Shown here: piece after piece, positions 89,151 through 101,600 of the stretch
Layout of the letters: every line of letters starts with the position of its first letter
Position numbering within the stretch: the first letter of the stretch is position 1
From: Octopus vulgaris
Taxonomy: Eukaryota
Length of the DNA stretch: 124,000 bases
Direction of reading: 5' to 3'
NCBI GenBank assembly: GCA_951406725.2
Contig: OX597815.1
Span: 35,608,001-35,732,000 of the forward strand
Position numbers and translations under genes: made by a program
The notes under the pieces: model-generated
What the model was told of the DNA's origin: nothing
Databases searched by the model: none
The model's input: only the letters and a program-made list of their open reading frames with translations

Positions 89151-90614
89151 AACACGAACCCGAAAAATATTTCATCGTTTAATTTTAAAATTCATTTCGA
89201 TTTTATTGTATTGTGTAAATTCAACGATTTCATTATATCCGATTTTTAGACGAACTAAGTAATGTATAACCCCAGCCCCTAAATGTTTTTAGTTTTGTCC
89301 TTCTGCTGTCCCCTCTGTGTCATGGCCTGTTTGCCAAATAAAAGAAATTAGTTAGTGAGAGCGACCATCAGTGAGTGTGAACGGTCGACCACAAACAAGC
89401 AGGCAACCAAACGGCCAGAGGGAGAAAGAAAGTTACAATCAGCGACTATGCGAGACAACTTCCCTCGATCTCTCACTTTTACTAGCTCACTTTCTTTTCT
89501 CTGTAACATTACCTTATCTCTATCTATATACTACTATGAGAACGTGTACACACATACCTATTTCTTTACTACCCACAAGGAGCTAAACATAGAGTGGACA
89601 AACAAGGACAGGCAAACGGGTTAAGTCGATTATATCGACCCCAGTGCGTTACTGGTACTTATTTAATCGACCCCGAAAGGATGAAAGGCAAAGTCGACCT
89701 CGGCGGAATTTGAACTCATAACGTAACGGCAGACGAAATACCGCTAAGCATTTCGCCCGGCGTGCTAACGTTTCTGCCAGTTCGCCGCCTTATATACCGG
89801 CCGAAATTAACTCTTTTTTACCTCACATGCTTTTCCATTTACTAATTATACATACCAACCCACCGTGGTTTTGAATATATATAGGCGCAGGAGTGGCTGT
89901 GTGGTAAGTAGCTTGCTAACCAACCACATGGTTCCGGGTTCAGTCCCACTGCGTGGCATCTTGGGCAAGTGTCTTCTGCTATAGCCCCGGGCCGACCAAA
90001 GCCTTGTGAGTGGATTTGGTAGACGGAAACTGAAAGAAGCCTGTCGTATATATGTATATATATATATGTGTGTGTGTATGTGTTTGTGTGTCTGTGTTTG
90101 TCCCCCTAGCATTGCTTGACAACCGATGCTGGAGTGTTTACGTCCCCGTTACTTAGCGGTTCGGCAAAAGATACCGATAGAGTAAGTACTGGGCTTACAA
90201 AGAATAAGTCCTGGGGTCGATTTGCTCGACTAAAAGGCGGTGCTCCAGCATGGCCGCAGTCAAATGACTGAAACAAGTAAAAGAGTAAAAGAGTAAAGTA
90301 ACGGTAAATAGAAATCTCTTTACAACTTCATTCGCTGTTCTTCAACATGCATTTGCAACTGAAAACATTACCTTTACATGTTCTTTTACTTATTTCAGTC
90401 ATTTGACTGCGGCCATGCTGTAGCACCGCCTTCAGTTGAGCAAATCGACCCTAGGTCTTATTCTTTGTAAGCCTAGTACTTATCCTATCGGTCACTTTGC
90501 CGAACCGCTAAGTTACGGAGACGTAAACACAACAGCATCGGTTGTCAAGCGATGTTGTGGGGACAAACACATACACACAAACATACACAGACATACACAG
90601 ATATATATACACAA

Positions 90615-90674
<60 letters not shown>

Positions 90675-90844
90675 GGCGGGCTTCTTTCAGTTTCTGTCTA
90701 CTAAATCCACTCACAAGGCTTCGGTCGGCCCGAGGCTATAATAGAAGACATTTGCCCAAGATGCCACGCAGTGGGACTGAACCTGGAACCATATGATTGG
90801 TAAACAAGCTATTTATCACACATCCACTCATATATATATATATA

Positions 90845-91033
90845 GGGAGAATTCACGAAAAAAACAAAAGACGAAGACAGATGGTGTAGAAAACTAATAG
90901 ATGTATTAGTATAACCCTCGGGAATTGAAAAAGTCTTTTACGTTTCGAGCCTACGCTCTTCCATAGAAAGGAACACAGAAAGAAACAAGGAGAGAAAAAA
91001 ATGTGTGTAGTGGCTAACGATCAATCATGGTGA

Positions 91034-91037
<4 letters not shown>
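90845..91037 (-). mobile_element. ~190-bp (TA)n-embedded element with minimal hammerhead-like motif (family also at 21018-21200, 92756-92920, 118068-118275)
   Basis: ctttct(a/g)tggaAgagc-loop-gctcGAAAcgt(a/t)aaag is conserved between copies. Confidence 0.65.
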
Positions 91038-91072
<35 letters not shown>

Positions 91073-91227
91073 CATAAGGGACTAAAGCCATCTGAATATG
91101 GCTAGGGACAGGGCAGGGTGGTGGGGGTGTTACTGTTGCATTTAGCCCCAGGCGAACATCGACGTCACCAGAAAGGCTCGACACCGTCACGGTGCCCTAA
91201 ACCTGCAAAGGGAGGTAATTCCCCGAT

Positions 91228-91301
91228 GAAGCGGAAACCACACACGGACCATGGTTTCAAGGTGTATTGCCTATCATCGGCGTGTGGTAGGCCTCCGCTT
91301 C
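91228..91301 (-). ncRNA. Type I hammerhead ribozyme fold, copy 1 (copy 2 at 91587-91660)
   Basis: Reverse complement of the fold described at 92073-92146. Confidence 0.7.
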
Positions 91302-92072
91302 CTCGACGAATTCTCACTATGCAGGATTTCTTATATAGATTTTCAAGCAAAATACATTTGCTGATTTCGAAAATCTGTTCGAAAGCAATAATAATTCTCT
91401 AAAAGGGATATAGACAGTAACTGCTCGATAACATAAGGGACTAAAGCCATCTGAATATGGCTAGGGACAGGGCAGGGTGGTGGGGGTGTTACTGTTGCAT
91501 TTAGCCCCAGGCGAACATCGACGTCACCAGAAAGGCTCGACACCGTCACGGTGCCCTAAACCTGCAAAGGGAGGTAATTCCCCGATGAAGCGGAAACCAC
91601 ACACGGACCATGGTTTCAAGGTGTATTGCCTATCATCGGCGTGTGGTAGGCCTCCGCTTCCTCGACGAATTCTCACTATGCAGGATTTCTTATATAGATT
91701 TTCAAGCAAAATACATTTGCTGATTTCGAAAATCTGTTCGAAAGCAATAATAATTCTCTAAAAGGGATATAGACAGTAACTGCTCGATAACATAAGGGAC
91801 TAAAGCCATCTGAATATGGCTAGGGACAGGGCAGGGTGGTGGGGGTGTTACTGTTGCATTTAGCCCCAGGCGAACATCGACGTAACACCCCCACCACCCT
91901 GCCCTGTCCCTAGCCATATTCAGATGGCTTTAGTCCCTTATGTTATCGAGCAGTTACTGTCTATATCCCTTTTAGAGAATTATTATTGCTTTCGAACAGA
92001 TTTTCGAAATCAGCAAATGTATTTTGCTTGAAAATCTATATAAGAAATCCTGCATAGTGAGAATTCGTTGAG

Positions 92073-92146
92073 GAAGCGGAGGCCTACCACACGCCGATGA
92101 TAGGCAATACACCTTGAAACCATGGTCCGTGTGTGGTTTCCGCTTC
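92073..92146 (+). ncRNA. Type I hammerhead ribozyme fold (variant core CCGAUGA)
   Basis: Stem I CACACG/CGUGUG extended by GAAGCGGA/UCCGCUUC; core CCGAUGA; stem II AGG/CCU; GAAA; palindromic stem III ACCAUGGU; GUC site, predicted cut 92127/92128. Confidence 0.72.
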
Positions 92147-92347
92147 ATCGGGGAATTACCTCCCTTTGCAGGTTTAGGGCACCGTGACGGTGTCGAGCCT
92201 TTCTGGTGACGTCGATGTTCGCCTGGGGCTAAATGCAACAGTAACACCCCCACCACCCTGCCCTGTCCCTAGCCATATTCAGATGGCTTTAGTCCCTTAT
92301 GTTATCGAGCAGTTACTGTCTATATCCCTTTTAGAGAATTATTATTG

Positions 92348-92397
<50 letters not shown>

Positions 92398-92928
92398 GAG
92401 TAAAAAATTGTTAAATGATTTATTACCAGTGGTCTTCATGTACAATAAAAGTTATAAGACGCAAAATATTTGTTTTTAGAGTGTATAAATTACACGAGGA
92501 GAAAACCATCTTACATGCTGGAAAGGGCTGTCGCAATCTAAACCACGAATAAAATTCTTAAAGCACATTGCTTGTGTGCACTAGAATGAATAAAAATTCA
92601 GTAAACCTTATACTCATGAGTTTCATTATTAAGAATTTATTTCGTGGTTTGGGTTGTGACTGCCCTTTCCAACATTTAAGAAGCCCTATCGATGGTCGTT
92701 TCTTAGTGTATTTATACGCTCTTATAAACATGTATATATATATATATATATATACGCTAGCCACTACACATTTTTTATTTTCTCTCCTTGTTTCTTTCTG
92801 TGTTCCTTTCTGTGGAAGAGCGTAGGCTCGAAACGTTAAAGACTTTTTCATTTCCCGAGCATTATACTAATACAGCTGTTTGTTGTCTACACCACCTGTC
92901 TTCGTCTGGGAATTCCCCCTATATGTAT

Positions 92929-92982
<54 letters not shown>

Positions 92983-93024
92983 ATATATATAGGGGGAATT
93001 CCCAGACGAAGACAGGTGGTGTAG

Positions 93025-93103
<79 letters not shown>

Positions 93104-94862
93104 GCAGTATGAAACTTTGAGTAACGATGTTTTCACCTAAAGCTACACACATATTTTCGTTTACTTGCTTCAGTCATTTTATAGCGGCCATGCTGGGGCA
93201 CCACAATTGACTCAGTGGTTCTCAACCAGTTTTTGCCCATGTCCACCTTTGATTCTTGTTTTACTCTGCTGGACTTCCAAAGTCATTCAATGTATATTTT
93301 AGAAAATCCCACTGTAGTGGGATTTTTTAAAAATTAAATATCATTAGGAGCTGTATAAAAAGAAAGCAAAATATTTTGTGCATTGTAGAAGTATAAGGAA
93401 TTTATTGCAGATAAATTTTAACAGCAAAATCTTATATGGACCCTGGTTGACAACCACTGCTTTAGCTGAACAAAATGACCCCTGTACTTCTTTCAGGTTT
93501 GATATTCATTCTATCGTTGTCTTTTTCTCGAATATATAAGTTATGAGAAGATATGTTTCTTTATTAGCCACACAGGGCTGCACACAGACGGGACAGATTA
93601 CAAAGTAGAGCTTTTCTTTTTGGGGGAAAAAAAAAAGAAAGGTGGGGTAGGTTTTCGATCAAAAGGGATCGTAAAAGGGAAAGAAGAAGAAAAAAGGAAA
93701 AAAAGGAAAAGAAACAAAAGAAAAAAAAGCGATCAATAAGGATCGTGTATCACAGTGTCATGATGTAAAGTGTAAAGGGAGAAGCAGATAAGGTTTATCC
93801 GTGGGAAGAAAAGCCTACGGAAAAGACCACGGTAACCTCGGTCAGTATTGTTACATGTTACCACATTTGTTTGCAAGTAGGTAACCCTCTGTTTTAAATT
93901 TCCGGTTCATAGGATTATGCTCAAGGTGGCTTCGTCATTCATACGTGCCATCCTTGCTACATTCACCCATCTTTTTTTAAAACATTCGCTAGACAAAACT
94001 TGCCTCTCTACTCTCACTTTCCTTTTCAAGTGATACGAGAAGATGAACAAATCTAACACTGGTTGTTAAGTGGTGGTTGAGGCGGGGGAGAGGGCAAGCA
94101 CTGACGCACGTGCAAATATATACGAAGGGCTTCCACGCAGTTTCTAAATTCGCTTACTAGAAATTAGTTTGAATGTATGTGTTTGTGCGTGTGCGCACGT
94201 TTGTGATCCACATTTACTGAAGGCGGAACTAATTTTTCCACTAGAAAAATGAAATTTTCCTGGAAATTAAGCATTCAAAGTGAAACACTTGCTTCCAACT
94301 AAATCCTGTGTTACACTTAATCAGCTGACTTTACCAGGAAATATCAATATGTTCTTATTCTCTGTAACAGTGACTACACTCCTATTCTATATAATAGCAA
94401 CGACATGACAATTCTAATGACTTGATACTTTTAGATAACAGCCACTTGAAAGTATTATGTAGCCACTAGGCCTGCTAGAAATTGTAGCCGAATCGCCCCC
94501 AGATCCAAGCCTGCCGTCTTAAATAAGAAAAGGTCTCATTTGATTATGTAGTCCTAGTTATCCCTAAAAAGACCAGGTGATCACAGCTGGAATTTCTTTG
94601 ATCATAAGACTACGTTAGGACTTTGATCATAGGACTACGTTATTAGGACTGAGATAGAGCTACATGCCTACGAAAACAAGGAGTGTTTACAAAGGCTTCA
94701 TCATAGAATGTATTTAATTTCAATGAATGAATATCATAGACTTTTAAGAAAGTTGAAGTAAAACATAAACAAAAAGCTGTTATTTTCTAACAAATAGCTT
94801 TCCTGTTATAGAAATTGATGTCTATATTCTGTAGAATAAATTCGGTATTGGGGGAGTATTTC

Positions 94863-94918
<56 letters not shown>

Positions 94919-95026
94919 TCATAATTAATCAATATAGGGTGGCAAAAAAATTTTGTAGAATTCTTTTGCCACCAGCGGCCTAGTAGGAAAAAATTAAAAT
95001 AGTCATAGACCATTTTTAAGTTCAAC

Positions 95027-95265
95027 ATCAACAATAAAGGAACGGCCATAATAGGCCATTCACCCACTAGAAATAACAGCCAAAGCTTCAACCGCAAATA
95101 AAAGTTAATTCAGTAAACCAGGAGAAAATTTAAAAAACATTTACCCTGTAAATGTTTTTTAAATTTTCTCCTGGTTTACTGAATTAACTTTTATTTGCGG
95201 TTGAAGCTTTGGCTGTTATTTCTAGTGGGTGAATGGCCTATTATGGCCGTTCCTTTATTGTTGAT
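95027..95265. repeat. Perfect palindrome, 118-bp arms and 3-nt loop, abutting (AT)n
   Basis: Centre ...catttac-cct-gtaaatg...; arms match throughout. Confidence 0.95.
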
Positions 95266-95522
95266 ATATATATATATATATATATTCTTTTTTCTTCTTT
95301 TATTTGTTTCAGTCATTTTACTGTGGCCATGCTGGAGCACCGCCTTTAGTCGAGCAAATCGACACCAGGACTTATTCTTTGTAAGCCTAGTACTTACTCT
95401 ATCGGACTCTTTTGCCGAACCGCTAAGTTACAGGGACATAAACACACCAGGATCGGTTGTCAAGCTATGTTGGGGGGACAAACACAGACACACAAACATA
95501 CACACACACACACACACACACA

Positions 95523-95569
<47 letters not shown>

Positions 95570-95737
95570 TATATATATGCATATATACGACGGGTTTCTT
95601 TGAGCTTACGTCTACCTAATCCACTCACAAGGCTTTGGTCGGCCCGAGGCTATAGTAGAAGACACTTGCCCAAGGTGTCACGCAGTGGGACTGAACCCGG
95701 AACCATGTGGTTGGTATGCAAGCTACTTACCACACAG

Positions 95738-95785
<48 letters not shown>

Positions 95786-95990
95786 ATTATTATTATTAAT
95801 ATTTAGCAGAAGCAACAGAGTGACTCAAGGTCTGAGAGTTTCGTGCGTCTGCACTGTTTGATAAGTACCAACGCACGAAACACTGGGACCTTGAGTCACT
95901 TTGTTGCTTCTGCTAAATATTAATAAAAATATACATATATTTTGGGCTTTGTTTGCACCAACATACCTACATAACTATATGCAGTGTATG

Positions 95991-96060
<70 letters not shown>

Positions 96061-96131
96061 ACAGTTAATAATGCGTATCGTTGGCGATTTTTTCCTCCGT
96101 CTTCCCTTCCTTGGATCTTTCCTTTTCCTAT

Positions 96132-96166
96132 GTTTCTGACGAAGAGCTCCGCTCGAAACGTTAAAT
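96132..96166 (+). ncRNA. Minimal hammerhead-like motif with intact CUGACGA core (copies at 55381-55411, 115872-115906, 117085-117119, minus strand)
   Basis: GUUU-CUGACGA-A-GAGC(UCC)GCUC-GAAA-CGUU-AAAU. Confidence 0.65.
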
Positions 96167-96454
96167 CCTCCTTCTTTGTTTCCTTTCCTGAGTGTTCAAT
96201 AACACTATATATATTCCACGACCTCGCGTTGTTGTGTTTTCTCTTTGTGTTTTCATGTTTGGATTAACTATATATATATATATATATATACACACACATA
96301 GGCGCAGGAGTGGCCGTGTGGTAAGTAGCTTGCTTACCAGCCACGTGGCACCTTGGGCAAGTGTCTTCTCCTATAGCTTCGGGCCGGCCAAAGCCTTTTG
96401 AGTGAATTTGGTAGACGGAAACTGAAAGAAGCTCGTCGTATATATGTATATATA

Positions 96455-96527
<73 letters not shown>

Positions 96528-96656
96528 TTGTGTGTCTGTGTTTGTCCCCCAACATCGATAGACAACCGATGCTGGTGTGTTTACGTTCATATCACTTAGC
96601 GGTTCGGCAAAAGGACCCGATAGAATAAGTACTAGGATTATATATATATATATATA

Positions 96657-96697
<41 letters not shown>

Positions 96698-96892
96698 GTA
96701 TATATACATATACATACATATACAGGCGTAGGACTGGCTGTGGCTGTGTGGTAAGTAGCTTCCATACCAACCACATGATTCCGTGTTCAGTCCCACTGCG
96801 TGGTATGTTGGGCAAGTGTCTTCTACTATAGCCTCGGGCCGACCAAAGCCTTGCGAGTGGATTTGGTAGACGGAAACTGAAAGAAGCCCGTC

Positions 96893-96928
<36 letters not shown>

Positions 96929-97177
96929 CTGTATGAGTTAGATAGAGGTTGAGAAACCAACTAAGGGATAGCACCTATCCAGTACACTGCTGGTAGTAGT
97001 CTACGCAATTATTCATATCCAAGTACTAGTTATTGTATGCCAATCTTGCAATTGGGCATTATATATGGGTGGGGATAACAAGTGGTTTACCCTTGATTTA
97101 TACGGCAAATAAGAAAACGGAGGGAATATAAAATCGACAGACAGACATCATATCCTCGCTGTTTTCTTATGTATGTG

Positions 97178-97256
<79 letters not shown>

Positions 97257-97905
97257 GTGTGTGTGTGTATATATAAGAGTTACGGAATGGAGTAGGTAAC
97301 ATCCAGGCTACATATGTTTCATAGCGGACGGAACTTCAGAAGTGGTATTCCACCGGCTACCTCTCAGGCCAGGGATATCATGACTAAATTAAAGGTTACA
97401 TTGTCGTAACAAGGACGTACATGCTGACGCATGGAAGATTCAATCAGAATGTGTAGAGAGCATAGTATGAGAGGAGTATATAAATTTAGGGAGAAATAGG
97501 TATACTTATTCCTCCCTGCATTTATCTACTCCTCTCAAACCGTGGATGATCTTTACCAGCGTCGCCTTACTGGCACTTGTGTCGGTGGCACATGAAAAAA
97601 CATTCGAACGAGGTCGTTGCCAGTGCCGCTGGACTGGCTCCTGTGCAGGTGACACGTAAAAAAAAAACACCATTTGAGCGTGGCTGTTGCCAGTACCGCC
97701 TGACTGGTCCTCGTGCAAGTGGCACCTAAAAGCACCCACTGCACTCTCGGAGTGGTTGGCGTTAGGAAGGGCATCCAGCTGTAGAAACTCTGCCGGATCA
97801 AGATTGGAGCCTGGTGCAGCCATCTGGTTCGCCAGTCCTCAGTCAAATCGTCCAACCCATGCTAGCGGACGTTAAACGATGATGATCATCATCATGATGA
97901 TCATG

Positions 97906-97986
<81 letters not shown>

Positions 97987-98259
97987 CTGAAGTACTCAAA
98001 ACCATAAACGGGTAAGTTTATCGGGGAAATACACTTTACACGGGAATTTGAAATAGCGAACATGTTTTATTGAGATCATAACTTGTTTACAGGTCACAGC
98101 CATTTTCAGTACATTTTTCATAAATATAGTGTATTGTTACATTTGGGGATGGTCTTCTTTTGTCAATTAAACACGATTCATTTGATCAAATACATGAAAA
98201 GTAAGCGTTTCTAGGCAGGGAAGGACGGAGGAAGGAAGGAAGGAAGGAAGGAAGGAAGG

Positions 98260-98315
<56 letters not shown>

Positions 98316-98340
98316 GGATGGATGGATGGATGGATGGATG

Positions 98341-98421
<81 letters not shown>

Positions 98422-98466
98422 GTATGTAGGTAAGTAGGTAGGTAGGTAGGTAGGTAGGTAGGTAGG

Positions 98467-98546
<80 letters not shown>

Positions 98547-99688
98547 GGTCAACGGTTAAAGTCCAACACTGGATAGCTCATGGAAATTGTAAATTTAAGA
98601 GAAATCAAGTAACAACGGGAAAATGCTGAAATTACATACACGTACCCATAACTTATTGCTTTCCCAATAATTCCTTCCGATGTTTTTTCAGCTAAATTAA
98701 ATAATTACTATGACGTTAGTAATCATTGAAATAAGGAATTATGTGACGTCAATACGAGCCTGCCTTTATTAATCATTTCAGAGTTAAATACACATAAAGA
98801 ATAGAGACATTCTTTCTGCTGATTATATTATTGGTAAGGCAAAGCAGTTGGTTGAATCGATCCGTGAATCCATATGAACACTTTTGTTGCCATTCAATAC
98901 CGTATTAACCGAGTAACAATACCGTATTAACCGTGTGCGCTGGGCTTTTCATTTTCAGCAGCAGCGCGTTAAATGCTTTTATCACTCTTTTTTTTTAATC
99001 TTTAACTGGTTTCAGTCAGTTTCTTTATTAACTATAAGGTTTTTAAAAAAGAGGGGACGATAGGAGGACAGACAAAACAAACATTGGAGTCAGGGTTTCG
99101 AATGAGACGAAACGTATGAATAAACAAACAATTAAAATACATACAATTAAATGAGAATGAGTGATTAACAAAAAATGAAGCGGTGGACGCGGTCGACCCC
99201 ACAAACCATATACTCACACTGAAGACTTTGCTTTCTCCTTTTTATATTCTCGTTTAAACAGGTTCTTTCACTCGTAATATACTTGCTATATACTTCCATC
99301 TTTTACGAAACACACTTCGCGACAGGCATTTTTTTCTCCGGCCTTATTTTCCGTTTTCATGTGGAAAACGAAAAAGTCGATTAGCTCGAGACTGGAGATG
99401 AACATGCCTGTTGCAATTCCTTTCACTCTCGTCTTCCATACTACCTCTTTCGCAACAGCAACTATCGAAAGAAAACAGGCTCGGTCCTCCCTATTCAGGG
99501 AGGTCGGGGCTGCGGCCACGTTGGGGCGTGGCCTTGAAGACTTTTAGTCGGCTAGATCGATCTCTGTACTTATTTTTTAAAGTATGATACTTATTCTATC
99601 ATTTCTTTCGCCGAACTGTTAAGTTACACGAACGTAACCAAACCAAACACTGGTTATCAAGTGATGTGGAGAAGAAATACAAATACAG

Positions 99689-99801
<113 letters not shown>

Positions 99802-100160
99802 TGTATAAACATGCATATATGGGTACAGGACATCACCAACGGTTCAAATAACATGAAATACGTAAACAACAAGAAAAAAATGGAAAACAGGACAAGTAAA
99901 CACAGGGAAAGGACCCTTCAGTTGTCGGTTTTCTATCTACGCCTCATTTCGAGCATTCAACGACAATATGAGTCTTCAAAGAAATGGCAGTGGAGACATA
100001 CAAGGAAACCGAACGAAAGCAAACATGGGGTGGGGTCGTTAGATCAGAACGAGAGGAAAATAGTGAACGCTGGGAGAAACATTTTGAAAAGAGAAAAGAT
100101 AGAAGAGAGAGAAAAACACGTCCGTTCTTTTAAATGTCCGTGCAGCAAAAGAAAGATGGT

Positions 100161-100216
<56 letters not shown>

Positions 100217-100221
100217 ATGTT

Positions 100222-100265
<44 letters not shown>

Positions 100266-101149
100266 TGTTAGTGTACATAAACGAGATTCCCTTCACTTTT
100301 CGTCAGCCAAATGCACCCACAATGCATTGGTCGGTCTGGGACTATAATAGAAGACATTTGCTCAAGGTGCCGCGCTGAAGAACTGAATCCCAAATCCTGT
100401 GTTTGCAAAGCGAGCTTCTTAACCAAGCAGCCATGCCTGTACTCATATCGTACCTTTAAGATTCGTTGGATATTTAAAGTTGATTCAATACTCAGACGAC
100501 ACTTCAAATTAAACGCTTGCAAGCTACCAATTCCGATTCAATGATTCTGCACTTGTTCTTTTACGATAATATGAATCCAGTGCAGCTTTATAATTAGGGT
100601 GGTGTGTCAAGGAAGTGTATTTAACGTGTGCATCTTATTTAAGCACTATTATGAATTCGTGCAACATAATATTTAAGTCTTGAGTTCTTAGATGTGGTTT
100701 TTGAACGAAATCGAGGTCTGTAGAAGATGAGTTCACCCATTCAAATTCGTCAAAGTTTACCACGTCTAAGTCGCACGGTTAACTTCCTAAATGTTTCAAA
100801 TTCATCAACCACCAGGTAAATATCAAGTTCTGGAGTAAAACAACAAACAGTGTAACGAGTATAATCCTTTTATTCATATCGATTATTCCTTCTCTCAAGT
100901 ACCACCCTTATCACCTTTACAAGCTGATCCTCATATATTCATCCTTAAACCCTTTATAAGAGGTTTTGGCCTTCACAATAGCTTAATGTGGTCCTATTCT
101001 CATTAGTTCCTTATATACAAATATCGCACTTATGAAAGCCGAGCAAACAGTAAATGATTTACAGTGGATAATAGTATTCTTATATTGACACAAATCAATA
101101 AATTTGCAGGAGTAGAATCTAATAGATTTAATCTACTCAGAAGATGAAG

Positions 101150-101600
101150 TTGGTCAAAAAAGCAGACTCGCTATTTTCAATTCGGTTTTCGTGGCTATCC
101201 TCACCTATGATCATGTTTGTTGAGTAATGACCGAAAAAAATACGATCGCGAATACAAACGGTCAAAATGAGATTCCTCCGGGGGAGCTCTAGAGTAACCT
101301 TACTCGACAAGGGGCGTAGCTCGGAGATGGTGAGTCTATCCGGATCAAGCTGCAATTTCTCCTTACTGAGAGGTTGCAGTTCCAGTACTGCGGAGAAGTG
101401 ATTGGAATATCGCAGGAAAGAGTCGCAAGACGGATTCGTCAAGCCAAGACAACCGGCAGAAGACCTATAAGTAAATGAAAAATGATATGGTTGGATAATA
101501 TTCATAACCTCAGTTGGCTGCGATTGGGAATCCTGCCGGAAAGTGTAATAAAAGTCACTTCTGATAGGATCCTATGGAGGTGTTTGAGGACTCTATCCCC
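101150..101600 (+). mobile_element. Old RTE (Expander/Rex3-like) 3' fragment
   Basis: LTYDH...MTEKIRSRIQTVKMRFLR...LLDKGRSSE, decayed. Confidence 0.55.

Larger units (their letters stand above)
91071..92349. mobile_element. 359-bp tandem repeat with type I hammerhead folds (retrozyme-like), ending in an inverted arm
   Basis: Units start at 91071, 91430 and 91789; inversion from 91882 to 92349; flanked by (TA)n on both sides. Confidence 0.8.

Noticed and set aside
91221-91260. Second, opposite-polarity hammerhead (CCGAUGA-AGCG-GAAA) in the 359-bp unit
   Set aside because: No stem II or stem I can form; better explained as the complement of the anti-core and stem I strand.
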